A stretch of 64,000 nucleotides of DNA from Eutreptiella sp. 'Long Island Sound 2002' (lineage: Eukaryota > Protista > Euglenida), in the NCBI GenBank assembly GCA_964036045.1, contig OZ038378.1, positions 170,562,001 to 170,626,000 on the forward strand, written 5' to 3'. The notes under the pieces were generated by a model, which worked only from the letters and a program-made list of their open reading frames with translations, did not search any database and was not told where the DNA came from. This document shows positions 23,267 to 35,675 of this stretch, piece by piece; within the stretch, counting starts at the first letter, position 1, and every line of letters starts with the position of its first letter. Position numbers and translations under genes: made by a program.

Positions 23267-24949
23267 AGGGTGTTTCCAAGGGGCGTGCCTAGGGGCTCTT
23301 CAGGGGGAACATAGTCTAAAAGTAGTGTGCAGTGTGCGCGCAGTGCGCGCCCAGTGCAAGGATTCCCCCACAGCATGTTGCATCAGCATCTGGTTGTGCC
23401 ACATCCGCCCCTTGTCAATTGCATGGCTTTTCAGTGTCGACGATGAAGGCCGTGGAAGGCTGGTGCGCTTGCAGTCAGCTTCATGGCAGCATACCTGAGT
23501 TATCTGCAGCTCCTTATTCTGGGGGGAGGAGGGGGAAGAACCCATGGACACACTGCAGTTGGATCCCTTTTGTAGGTTCTTCTGTGATTAATAAGCATAG
23601 GGTGTATGCGTAGGTGTAACAAAGTAGGTGCCAAAGGTTCATGCACATTCCCAAACAAGCAGACAGAGTTGTAGGCCCAAATAACAAAGTGTCCTCTTCC
23701 CAAGTAAAACTGTCCTGTCTTTTTAATAACAGTTTACTATCCTAAATGACAGTGTCTTGTCCCCAAATAACCGCATCCTGTCCCCAATTAACAGTGCTTT
23801 GTCCAAAAATTTTCTCATATCCCAAAGCTTTTCGTGGAACCCATAAATTGCAATTGTATCTCCTCACAAATGTGTTATTGGGTTTGACTGGCAGGATTAG
23901 GATTCACCAACAGCAGTGGCGATTGACTCCGACCGGGTGCTGATCAATCGACGGTAGTTGGTCGTCAACCAACGCCAGTTGGCCAGCAGCTGACAGCAGT
24001 TAACGACTCTGTTACAGTCCAGGCGTGCTGAAGTTGGTCCCTTTTTTCTTTTATGATTAAGGACAGCCCTTTCCATTTCCTCCCAGATCCGTTCCCGTTT
24101 ATCCATTTTACTTGGTGCCCTTCTCTGCCCCTCTTTCGTTCCTGAATTCCTACTGTTTTTAGTTGGGTTGAGTTGGCAAGGCCACCCATGATTTGCCCTG
24201 CGCCAAAGTCCTGCTTGTAATGGATGCTTTGGATGTGTGCAAATGTCTTTGATATTTTTTCCGAACGTCATATTCATGAAGCAGGTGCTGGGTCCTGGGA
24301 TGTTCTGTCAACTGCCGCAGGGTGGTGACGCAGTTTCTGCCGGAAACCACTTAATTTATTTCACGTTGAGTACGAGCATCGTGTCCTTCCTTTCTGACCG
24401 GTCCTGGTTTTCCCTTACTGAAAACCAACATCGTCTCCAACCATTGCGACGCAACAATCATGAAGCAGTCGAAGCTTGGACCACGGACAACAAACTTGGA
24501 CCATGGCTTTGCCCTAAGGCCACTAGCCATTTGGTGGGGTTTGTACCTTCGGTGCCTGTGGCGAGCAAACTCCCGCTTGCATATCTGGCCAGGCGAAAGC
24601 CTGCAGCCCAGGCTGCACACTTGGAACGACTTCACCTGTACAGCACAGAAGACACATCTCTCTGGCGAAATGTGGTTGCATCTCATTTCTTGTGCTCTGT
24701 CAGTCCCGCCTCCAACCTTGGGAGGCCCTGTGGATGGTGCTGGGCGACAGTGCGTCCAGAGTTGGGAGGCAGTTAGTGCGCCAGGCGCCGGGCATCGAGA
24801 TGCCCCCAACACAACTTGGCGCATTGCATTGGCGGCACCCATGCCTAGGTATTAGTTCGGTGTTGGATTCCATTATAGTTCCGTGTCCTCTACCAACAGT
24901 TCCCTGATCCCATGCAGCTCTTTGCAGGGGGGGGGGGGGGGCATGCAGT

Positions 24950-25046
24950 CCGCATTTTTCCGCATTTTCCACATTTTTTTTGCCAAAGACACGGGGGGGG
25001 GGGGATGCGGTCGCTGCGATTGGCAAGAAATGCGGAAAAAATGCGG
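24950..25046. repeat. Short inverted repeat (MITE-like hairpin) between G-runs
   Basis: CCGCATTTTTCCGCATTT at 24950-24967 versus AAATGCGGAAAAAATGCGG at 25028-25046. Confidence 0.6.
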
Positions 25047-25348
25047 AAATGCAGCAAAGAATGCGATGGAAAATGCGGTTTTGTTCGAATGGTGTGTGCC
25101 CCTCGAAACCCCTATGTTTTGTCTCGTCTTGCACGATCGGGCGCTCAAAGCACGGACGGTTTGATGGAACAACTTAGTGCAGTAGTTCAACTCAAGAATA
25201 TCACGGACTAAGCTCAAAACCCCTAGGGGCAGAAGCCACGGCTGCTTGGTCGAGCTAGACCGCTAATCTCCGTGCCGCGTGCGCACAGCGTCATGTGCTC
25301 CCCCATTGACCCAAACCGCCTAGCTCCCTTGGGGGGGGGGGGGGGGGG

Positions 25349-25631
25349 TACATACCTCAAAATGATCCCCATGACGCACTGATCGTTTTGAATATACACA
25401 ACTGGGGGAAATTTTTTCAAAAAAATTGCCCATCAACTCAGGCTCCCATCAGCCAAGGTCCGACCTGGAGGTCGGGTCGGGGTTAAAATGCTTTTTTGTG
25501 GTGTTGATCCATTTTTGAATTCTCCACAAAATTCTGAGTATTTTGAGTACATACACATAGGGTCAAACAAAAAATTTTCCCCTTGCCGTCTGCCAAAACC
25601 TCCGGCGCATGTGGCGCCCACAAAACCCATT
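25349..25631 (+). mobile_element. Dispersed ~280-bp non-coding element (inverted copy at 60096-60370)
   Basis: catacctcaaaatgatccccatgacg...tcaggctcccatcagccaag...ccatttttgaattctccaca..attctg...cccacaaaacccattg; its reverse complement is found at 60096-60370. Confidence 0.8.
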
Positions 25632-25859
25632 GTTCCTCACAACTAACTGACTACAAGACAATGCCACGAGAATGTTTCCTCTTGAACATTACACTAAGGA
25701 ACCTGCCCGGAAAATGCGCACATGTGGGGCATGGTTGAGGCCCCATGTATGTACATAGCTACAATGTAGGGCATTTGCACGGAGCGCATGCACAACGCAC
25801 GTGCGCGTAGCACCGATTGTTGGGGTGAATTTACAGGAACCGACCTCAAAACCATCAAC

Positions 25860-26300
25860 TACCCAAAATGCCTTCATTACCCTTGCCATTTTCCAAAACA
25901 ATGGACGCAGCAATTTGTCTGTGATGGGTGATCTTGTTACAGCCTGTGAGCATAGCATTCTGGTGACCGGGTAACCCCTTGAATAAGGGGGCGGGGTGCC
26001 CGGACTCCCGCGATTGTGCCCTTGAGCGAGCTGTCGGTTGTGACCTCCTTCGCCAGCCGCAAGAGGTAGATCCTCACGACGAACTTTGCGCTGCGATCGG
26101 GCTCCCCTTGGGCGACTTTCGCGCGTCGTTTGAGGTACCCCCTGTAGTTCTCCGTAGTGGCGTCTCTCCACGCCCGGACCACGGATGAGATGAAGCTCTC
26201 CCCGAACTTTGCTTCGCACGTGTCTTGCCACTGGGTGACCAGCTCAACGAGGTGTTCCGCCGAAGCGTCCGCGCGGCGTCATTTCTTGGGGACGCACCCG
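25860..26300 (-). pseudogene. Frameshifted tyrosine-recombinase N-terminal fragment (DIRS/Ngaro- or Crypton-like)
   Basis: Minus-strand peptides VVRAWRDATTENYRGYLKR...IYLLRLAKEVTTDSSLKGTIAGVRA...LIQGVTR, then in a shifted frame TRSPITDKLLRPLF. These resemble the SAM-like core-binding region and the 'R-x-PIT-xx-LL' motif of retroelement tyrosine recombinases. Confidence 0.5.
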
Positions 26301-27879
26301 AACTCAGCCACTACCAAAACGACAAAAAGCGCACTGGGATCTAAACGAATGGGAAATCCCACTAACATGATGACACCCACACCAACGGGAAACCATGGGG
26401 GGCCAACCAAGAGCTGACGCCCGTATGCACACCCTGGCAATGCCAAAATCTGTACTTATTCGCTGAACTTTGCCCTCGCGGCACTTGGCACATTCAGAAC
26501 TACCCTTTTTGATAAAAAAAAAGACTTCAGCTGCCCATGCACCCATGATGCTTAGTGACACCTTATACTCCATGCACCGCATACGCACCACCGTGTGTAA
26601 CAAGTGAACAATGCCTTGTGTACACTAGAACACTAGAACACTAGAAAGATTGCTTGATGGGCGTGGCGGGCCGGTTGCACTCTGGTATGAAGGGTGGTCA
26701 CATGTTATGATTGTGCAATGCTCAGACCTCAGGTCCGCCCATTTTCCGGGTGCACCCGTACTATACATAAATGGACCTTTTACTTTCTGGGGTTCTCCCG
26801 AGTGCACTCAATGACACCTTGAGCATCAGGAACTCCAAACAAAAAAAAATTGTGGCCTAGCCTACAATTAATTCAACCTTGCCCCTTCATCATCATCCAA
26901 ACTCCACCTACAAAAGACATCAAGGGGTGAAAGTGGGTGCACATGGGGTGAAAGGGGGTCAAAGGGGACAGGTGCTTTGTGCACCCCTAATGTGACATAA
27001 CAACTATGTGTGAACTGCATCGGCTCAACTCCTCAACAACCACCAAACACCCTTTCTAGAATCCTCTTCCACAAATGCTGACCACATGGATGTCATCAAT
27101 AGAATTGCACTCATTTGCACCCAAGAAACCCAATAGCTTGTGGGAAAGGGCCAAAACTGGGGAAGCACCTGACGCGGTGCGCACGCAACACGGCTATTTG
27201 GCGGCGTCCTCGGGAAAGGTGTTGTGTTGTCATGTTGTCACTTAGATTTGTCCTTGCACACCGGGCACCTCTGCGGATGTACTTGTTTGGCACCACAAAG
27301 GGCCACAACGGGCCAAGGGCCACAACGGGCCAAGGGCCATTCCAAAGATTATGAAATGGGTGGAATTGTATTGTGTTCTTGATTGTGCAATGTTTGTGGG
27401 AAGGGGGATATTTATACAATTTTTGTGTCCAAAGCGTTTGATCTCTTGACGGCCATGGGGGGGGGGGGGGGAAGCAGGGCATTCCGGGTGTACTCACCGC
27501 AAAAGTAGTGCGCGGTGCAAACACTCCCCTGCTAAGGTTTGGGTCGTTGTCGGCAGACGCAAATTTGCCCCACGTGCGCACTGTGTACACACATTGTGAA
27601 CAACGTATTCCATAACCCTTGCTACATGGGGAAGAGTTGGATAGCACTTGGCTGCAAAATACATCTGGGGATTGGAGGGTACAAACACTGATGGGTAACT
27701 ACCCTTTTTAACGAGAATAGTCCTGTCCACTAAGAAATGTCGTGACAGAACATGTCCTACCTCGTGTAGATAGCCTGAGACCATCATTTGGAGCATTTAC
27801 CCTTGCAGATTGAGCACCTGCAGTTCGGGATCACTTTCTGCTGTCCTATTGGATTGGTTGAATATATCCTCCAACCGCC

Positions 27880-28000
27880 ACCGGTTACTCTCCAACTGCC
27901 GATGAGTTCCCTCCGACCGCGGTCGGTTCCCCTCCAACTGTTGTCAGAGATCCTCCAACCACAGTCAGTTTCCCTCCGAATGCTACCGGTTGCTGTGCAG
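27880..28000 (-). repeat. Degenerate 21-bp minisatellite, same family as 61643-61812
   Basis: 21-bp periodicity: ggttactctccaactgccgat / gagttccctccgaccgcggtc / ggttcccctccaactgttgtc. Confidence 0.55.
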
Positions 28001-31000
28001 CCGCCGTCTAATTGTGAGCTTGAATAATGAGCTGGTTACTGGACAGCGCGATTTTTTTTCAATCAAAAAAACTCCATTTTTCATTGTTTTACACTGTATT
28101 TTGGAGCCTGTGAAGCAGCATGCCTGCGACTGTGACCTTTCTGCACATTGATTCAGCTTTGCATCATCACCACTTGTAGGGTGAGAGTTCAAGAGAAGTG
28201 GTCTGTGTTTCCTTTTTGTCGACATCTATACTTCATTTTGACTCTGTGTCACTTCGCGATTGTTTCTTGGTGCTGCTGACATTTTTGCTGGTTGTGAGCA
28301 ATCAAATTCTAGTATGTGGGGTTTCAGCCTAAAAGTTTGCCCAGTGTGCACCTATCATGCCCTTGCACACCCCACAGTGCCCCTCCAGCACCTACAATAT
28401 ATGCGCTTCATACGCCATGACCCACATGCAGGCCTGCAAGTCTTTGGAGACCTCAAACCCGATGTCTTGCTGTTTTAGTTGTGCACCCATTGAGTTTGGA
28501 TATATTTGCGGGGAGTGATAAAGGTGTTAAAGGATATATTGTGGGAACCATGCAGATATGCGGATATCACAGAGTCCACGCCACACGCGAGCCGTGCAGC
28601 ACACACCAGCCTTCTTGGGGTGCATGTGGCTTGCAATATCATACAAATAGACACCATATGGGTAGTGTGTAGCAAGCTGTGAATGTGAGTGAATGTGTCA
28701 ATGGTAGATTCATGCAGTAGTTTGTGTCTGTTGACCCATGCTTTCCTTGTTTTGGGGTTTGCAAGAATGTTTCTCAAACAGGGGCTGGGTGGGGGCAATG
28801 GGGGGATTGTGGATCACAGACCAATTTGCAAAGCATAGTTCGGCGTGATGCAAGTGGCACAACATGTAGCCCTGGGACAGCAAGACGCATATCACCTCAG
28901 TTGGGTTAACAGATCTGTCGCAATAGCAATCAAAAGTTGATTTCGTGCTTGATGACAGATTCGCTAATTGTCTGTGACCCGGGCCCGCCATCTGACAGTA
29001 TCTTTTAATGTGGAAATCACCTGTTGGGATGGTGTGTATTACCACAGGAACCTCTCCTCCACAGCCTCCTATTTTTTTCAGTGCATTTTGTACCGCCGTG
29101 TATAGCCCCATGTGGAGTTTGCGGAATGCGAGGGCAGCATTGCATCAGGGCTTGGTACCGTAGTTCCGCAGGAACGGAAGTTCCGTGCGTCGGAGTAGGG
29201 CGGGCTGGGGTGGCAGACAGGATGTAATATCCCCTCCCCCTGCTCTTCAGTGGAATTTGTTTGTGCCCTCCTTTCTCTGTTCCTCAATGGCTGAGAACCA
29301 CTCTTATGACTGGGGGTGGGAGCATCTGTTGGCCGAAAACCTGGACCTGTTGGACCAGGGGTGGTCCCATCTGCTGAAGTTGTGCAGAAGAAGGAAACGT
29401 GATATCCTGCGGCCTCCTCCTGCCTGAATTGCTTGTCAGGGTGCCTCAGGGAATGGCAGTGGAGGCAACGCGCTCGCACTGCGGAGACCACGGAACTGAC
29501 AGTGACAATGACAATGACAGTGACGGTAGCAGTGACATTTACGGTGCTGATGGTGTTGGGAATGTCAGAGCCAAGCGTAGGAGGCTAACCTTACCTGCCC
29601 AAGAAACATGTGAAAGCCCAGCCGGGCGAACTCAGCACAACATTTGGACGTGGTACGTTGCTATGACCATATGTGTATGTCGCAAGGGCATCTGGTAGCT
29701 CAGTATATGTTGCTTCACCCCCCCCCCCCCCCGCGTTTGCACATGAAGGCCCTCCAGTTTGATAGCGAGCTTGATTCGGGACCTGACTCCAGCTCAGTTG
29801 CATCAGAGTGTCACTGTGACACCACAGTATCCGTTTCCTCTGGCAGTGGGGTTCGAACCTGGAGCCAGCGCCGCTGGCATCCAGGGTGCTTCCACTGAAG
29901 CACGGGGCACCTCACCAGAAATATGATCCCATAAGCACACAGCCACATGGCACACGTGCATCTGCATCGCATTCTGATTTCTGAGTCTTAATGTATGTTA
30001 CTCCCTTCACTCTTTGAAACTAAACAGCGACAGACGGGGTAAGGCCGAATGAGTGCCATGCTTTGCAGCCCGGTCAGCTCGCATGTGACACAGTGAATGC
30101 AGTCCACATTTACGGACGACTGCTTATATTGATTCAGGTTGTTCGCTAGAGTCAGCAGCAAAGGACAAGCACACAAGTGACCCACGGAGCTAACCGCAAC
30201 GCCTCGCTGTATTTTACATAGTGGAGCACCCCAACCAAGAAGGGGACACGTGCATTGATTGGATTTCGCAGTACTGCTGGACTAATGGCTGGAATTGTCT
30301 ATGGCGGGGACATTCAGTCTATCAGAACCGACCATTGATCCCCCCGTTTCCTCTGATCAGGAGGCGACGCTCTTGTCTGACTGCTCTGATAGGTAGCCAG
30401 CATGCTACACCCTAAGCATTTTGGACAGCGGCACGACACACACATCAATAGCAGTAGGAGCACAGTCCACGAAGTCCAAGGGCGAGGGAGTGCCAGCATC
30501 TGCAATGGGCCGGCAGACGGACAGGACAGTGATAAGGCCATCCCGTATAAGTAGGATGAAGACCGTCACAACGATCAACAAAACAAGGTCAAGCGAGGCA
30601 GAACAGGCAGTATGTGCAAAGAGCCAGAGGAGAACAGGAAAGAGGGACGCCCAATTCGAACCAGTGACCCACTGACCTGGATGAACACGCCCTGTGAGCC
30701 ACATCGAGGAATGTGCAAGAACTGCCGAACATTGCTGCATATGCATACAAGGACGTGCATGTGTGGAGCGCTGAATGACCTTTGTACAGCCCCCTTGCAC
30801 TACCACTGACTTGTGCTCAGCCCCCTTGCACTACCACTGACTTGTGCTATGTGTGAATGGTGAGCAGTGCTACCATTGTTTTTCTGGCCACAGTTTTTGC
30901 GGTGTAGAATAGAAGGTGATGTGGTTGCGTGCCGAGTGCAGAGCCAGATCGCTCATGTGACAATCCTTTGGTTCCCAGCAACATTGACCACAAAAACCCA

Positions 31001-31295
31001 GGCAAAAAACCGACAGTCAGACGGGGTCACCATGCTTTGACAAGCGCGTGCTTGCGCATAGAGAGGGATAGGAGGATACGACACACTGGCATTAAGCACA
31101 ACACTGTTCAGGAACCATGTGCTAAGTGCGCTACTGCCCAGGGGGGGCTATTCTGGGTGGGGTGGTGGGTTGCGGGATGGGGTGCTGCTTGACACTGCAC
31201 CTCGATGCTGTTTTCTTTGGGGGGGGGGGGGGGGAATGTCCAGACCAGCCATGACCCACAGCACTGAAGCCCCCTCCCCCTTCCCCATCTCCTGC

Positions 31296-31322
31296 ACTTT
31301 CAGAGTGTCTATTTTTTTTCCG
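31296..31322 (+). other. Genomic relic of the euglenid trans-spliced leader (SL) exon
   Basis: ACTTTCAGAGTGTCTATTTTTTTTCCG versus the Euglena-type SL as I recall it, ACTTTCTGAGTGTCTATTTTTTTTCG: one substitution plus one extra C. It is followed by GATC rather than a GT donor, so it is not an SL-RNA gene. Confidence 0.8.
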
Positions 31323-31339
31323 GATCATTTACATGGCAG

Positions 31340-32113
31340 ATGCAGACCATACACAGTATCACTGATTTCATGATGCAACGAGCTGCCTGCACTTTCCTTC
31401 GCCAACGTGGTTTCCATGGAGGCAGTGCATTTCTCCGCACAAAGATGTCTTTCAAGGCACTTCCAAACTGGGAGGAAAAAGTCATAGCTTCACCATTCAT
31501 ACCAAAGGAGGATTTGCTGTCAGAGACCTGCATGGAGCAGTCCACCACCGATTCAGCGCCAGCACAAGAATCTGAACATATGTCTGCTGCAGAGAAAGCC
31601 AGACAGAATCCCCGTGAGAGCTTGACATACAAGAGCTACTTTCAAGATATTATGGGTGATGATGGTGGCTTCACGAAGGTGACCCAGTTCAGTGACACGT
31701 CGTTTTCCATCAACGGTATCACTTTTCACACTTCCATTTTCTTGACTCCTCAATATGTGTTCCATTGGCGAGTGAACACCTTTGAAGACATCAACCCCGC
31801 AAGTCTGTCCCTCGTGACACATTTGAGGGAAGTCGAGCTCTTGTTGCTGGGCACTGGCAAAGAAATGAGGATGCTTCCAGATGATCTCCGGCAGCATCTT
31901 CGGCAGTTCGGCATCCGTGTGGAGGTCATGCCAACAGAACATGCAGTGGGTTGCTGGAATTTTATGTCCCAAGAGGGGCGCAAGGCTGCTTGCGGTTTGC
32001 TGCTGATGGATCCGTTCAACTGCATGACTCCAGAGGATGTTATGCGCGAGGAAGAAGACGCAATTAGGCAATCGAGAAAACTGGATCCTGGTGTCATTGG
32101 GAACATGGGCTAA
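31340..32113 (+). CDS. NDUFAF3: NADH:ubiquinone oxidoreductase assembly factor 3-like protein (Mth938/DUF498 domain), intronless; likely start ATG 31370
   Basis: FSINGITFHTSIFL..., ELLLLGTG, LRQFGIRVEVMPTEHAVGCWNFMSQEGRKAACGLL match the Mth938-like pattern. The Arg-rich N-terminus (MMQRAACTFLRQRGFH) resembles a mitochondrial presequence. Confidence 0.85.
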   Translation: MQTIHSITDFMMQRAACTFLRQRGFHGGSAFLRTKMSFKALPNWEEKVIASPFIPKEDLLSETCMEQSTTDSAPAQESEHMSAAEKARQNPRESLTYKSYFQDIMGDDGGFTKVTQFSDTSFSINGITFHTSIFLTPQYVFHWRVNTFEDINPASLSLVTHLREVELLLLGTGKEMRMLPDDLRQHLRQFGIRVEVMPTEHAVGCWNFMSQEGRKAACGLLLMDPFNCMTPEDVMREEEDAIRQSRKLDPGVIGNMG

Positions 32114-32598
32114 CGGCATCACCACCAGATTGTCACATAGTGTTAATGAGCCATTGATGGCGCAATGGAGTTTGCAACCCCTCTGTGCCACATGAGTCAA
32201 AACAAAGGTTGAGCAAACAGGGCAATTACCTGTCAGGGGGTCATGTTGCATGATATTCCAATACTGTGGTGTGTGCGCATAGGGTGCATCGGGTTACACG
32301 GGATGAACATTGTACTATTTTGTCATTTTTGTTCTTTGGTGAGTCCCTTCCCCCTCTGTCCACACCTAAATCCACGTCACACCAGCATGTGTTAAGTACC
32401 TTCCGTCTGCATCAGCAGCAAACATATTTTTGGGTACAGCTGCGGGTGTGCACACTTCTGACGATTACACAGCTGTGGGTTGTGAACTGTTTGCCACAGG
32501 TTGAACCGACTCACGGGATGCCCGCTCTCCTCCAGGCGTAATAACCCCCTAATAGCCCCCCCCCCCCCCCCCAAATTGTATACCCCCGGGTACAGATT

Positions 32599-32741
32599 CC
32601 AAAGTCCAAATAAGCGTCCCACCGTTGTTGACGGCTTGTGGAGTTTCCACACGGGACTTCTATGTTTTACTTTATCTGCCCCGCAGAACCGGTCTGTCTG
32701 ACCGAGCACTTACAAGGCACACGTAGGTCTGAGCAAAAAAA
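32599..32741 (+). mobile_element. Short poly(A) retroposon (family A) with ~26-bp degenerate TSD
   Basis: AAATTGTATACCCCCGGGTACAGATT (32573-32598) versus AAATTGTATACCCTCGGGGACCGATT (32742-32767). The 3' end ...cttacaaggcacacgtaggtctgagc(A)n is shared with 6690-6775. Confidence 0.8.
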
Positions 32742-33629
32742 AAATTGTATACCCTCGGGGACCGATTTGGGCAAGACGCTCAACAAGGCCAGGGGGGTAT
32801 AAATTTTGGGTGGGGAGGTGCTGCATGTTCTTTTTCACTTGTCATTCAGTTTTGATTTGTGTTGGCTGCATGGAACATTCAGATTCTGAATCTGATTTTG
32901 AACTGCACACGGTAGACCCTGGACCTGATGGCTTTTCTGATGAACCTTCTGAGACATGTGTTTCCAATGTCAAGAAGCAAATCACAATGACTGCTTTCTT
33001 CTGGTGAGTTACCTTTGCAGTGGTGTTGGAACTGTACCCTGGATTTGTTCGTGTTGGGTTTGCTTGTGCAGGGCTGAAGGGGGTACCGATTTCGGCAAAG
33101 CCCATTGGGCCTAGCGGGGGGGGGGGGGGATAAATGGGGGGGGTGTACAATTTAGGAGGGGTTTAGAGCTACAAGCATTCCTTCCTCGATCCATTCCTGC
33201 CTTGGGGTGCTTGGGATCTTTTGCGGGACATGGGCTACTGCCCCAGTTCCCCGAAGGTTGCAGGCTTCTATGAGCGCTGGCAGAGAGGTTATAGGAGGAC
33301 CGTACAAGGCAGGTGAAGTCTGCAATAAGTGATGAACATTCAAAACAATCGTGGAGATGCAGTGCGGAAATTTGGAGACTCACCAAACCACTGCAGTTCA
33401 AGCGAAATCCGCATAGTCTTCGCAACAGGTTGGGCAATGTAATTCTTGATGCTGAAACAATGGTCCAATAACTAGCCAATTTTTGGCAGGATACCATGAA
33501 TTCTGAAGGCAAGTTGGTCTCCGAGTGTTCCGATTGTTTTTCCAGATTTTTTCGATCCAAAGATGTTTCGCTCATTGCACAAATGCTCACCAAACCAGTT
33601 TCGCTTGAATTAGTGGGAGCGGTGCGGAT

Positions 33630-33960
33630 ATCTCAATGATGATACTTCTTCACCAGGTCAAGACGGCATACAGGTTTCTATGGATAAGGCATCTTCCAAT
33701 TTGTTTCACTCCACGCATGTTGAACATTTACATGAAGATCTTAAACACAGGAGAGCTGAACAAGAACGGGGCATTTGCTGTGCTGAACCCCATCGCCAAA
33801 GGACCGCAGGTGGTCCAGGTTTCTGACCCGCGACCGCTTTCCTAACAAAATACTTGCCAAAAAGGGGTGGTGACCATCCTGTCTCTGCAAGCCTTGCCTT
33901 TGGGAAAGGTTCGGATTCCATCACTGTGAGTATGCTAACAGCGCTGTTTCCAATGACATT
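33630..33960 (+). pseudogene. Frameshifted non-LTR retrotransposon RT N-terminal remnant
   Basis: SSPGQDGI (compare APGPDG), then in another frame KILNTGELNK...VLNPIAKG...SDPRPLS*QNTCQK (compare G.lP..W...i.pIpK...d.RPiSL.n...K). Confidence 0.6.
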
Positions 33961-35022
33961 TGGGAGCACTCGGGAATCACACATTTCTTATTTACGGAAA
34001 ATTGAATCTGCCAAGAAAAAACAGTAAATTTACAGCGCTGGACCACCACTTCAAAATAATGCCTCCAACAAGGGACTGCAAGGCTGTCCTGGAAGATAAT
34101 GGCCAAAAAAAAAGTTCACGCAAAATTGGAATTCCGAAAAAATAATCGTAGAAGTGAACAACGTTTCAGCCTACCCTGATAATATGTTCAAGAAAAAGGG
34201 AACTCACAAAAATACACCGCAAAGACAATTAAGTTTTCCAATTTTGGGGTTAAACACAAATTTTTTGCTAATTAATTGCATTTTGATTCCCCAAAAATTC
34301 ATGTTTTGACAATGTTTGTATTTGCCTGGTGATGCTTTCGAGCGCAACCGCTTGTGGACCCAGGACGGTCTTAAGAGTTAGGGATGTTGAGTTGTTGCTG
34401 TCAATTCCAGTTTGGCAACAAACCACAACGGCTGTCTGCGAATAAATAGCCACATTTGCTGGTGTTGAGGCTTGCATTTGACGCCGGCTAGCAGCTTTTT
34501 TGGTTCGCTGGTGAAATTTAGCAATCACGCTGCTTTCCCCTGTGTCCCTCCTGTCCCCATCTTGGAGAAAGTTTGCCTAGCCTCATATGCACACAAGTGG
34601 AGGCAGCATGCATACAGTGGCTGCACATGTGCATGTGCCAGCCAAGGATGCCTGGCTATGTTTCCTTCGGCTTCGTTCGGGCACTAGGGGACGCAGTGGT
34701 GCACACTGCTTCGCTTGAATGTCCAAGAGTGCTACAAGGCTCAAGAACAGCTGCAAGTGCACCCCCCACCCCCTTGTAATAGCTACGCCCTTGTCCAAGC
34801 TACAGCGGGCGTAAGGACCGTATTAAATTGGGACTCCGGCTCCGGCTCCGAAGCTACAGTAGGCGTTGGGACCGTATTGATTTGGGACTTTTCTGTAGCT
34901 ATTACATTGGGGGGGGGGGGGTAAATGTTTGAGACAATTGATGCGCAAGAGGTGTGTGATGAGCAGAACCCTGCCCCATGGCCGCTGGACAGCAGTTGCT
35001 TTTGAATATCTTTCCAGGTTGG

Positions 35023-35229
<207 letters not shown>

Positions 35230-35254
35230 GGTTGCGAGCATGCCATTTGGTTGA

Positions 35255-35675
35255 CCCAACAGTTCATGTCCCTAAGCGGCAACCGAATGCTGGTAAGTCG
35301 AAACGTACGTATGTGGTTCTCCGTCGTTCCAAGGTTCTGTGGTGCCTGCGGTGCGGTGCGGAGGAGCATTGTACCAGCGAATGCGTGTCGTCCGATCCAC
35401 CAGTGAGTTTTCCCCCTGATCAAGGAGAGGACAAATGGAAAGACATATGTTTATGGTGGGGTGTTAAAGGCCATGAGCTGAAGGAGTGTTGGAAACGGAC
35501 TCCAGCAGTGACGGACTACAATACTACCGCTATCGCTTCGTTACAAGAGGAAATGAAAGGTATTAAAAAGAGTATTGCCAACGTGGATAAGCTGCAGTCC
35601 ACGGTCGACAGTTTGGGTGCGCAAATGTCCACTTTGATCAAGTGGCAGCAGATTTTTGGCCAAATTTTGAGGTAG
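35255..35675 (+). pseudogene. Gag/ORF1-like fragment with two CCHC zinc knuckles and a coiled coil
   Basis: CLRCGAEEHCTSEC is an exact CX2CX4HX4C (35343-35384). CLWWGVKGHELKEC is a second knuckle with C->W (35448-35489). A heptad-like segment follows (IASLQEEMKGIKKSIANVDKLQSTVDSL). Confidence 0.6.

Noticed and set aside
24351-24842. Second zf-RVT-like motif on the minus strand (ERCVFCAVQVKSFQVCSLGC)
   Set aside because: It lacks the conserved His and has no supporting flanking motifs.
32344-32362. Possible 3' TSD for the NDUFAF3 retrocopy (cccttccccctct versus cccttccccatct before the SL)
   Set aside because: The match is short and low-complexity, and no poly(A) precedes it.
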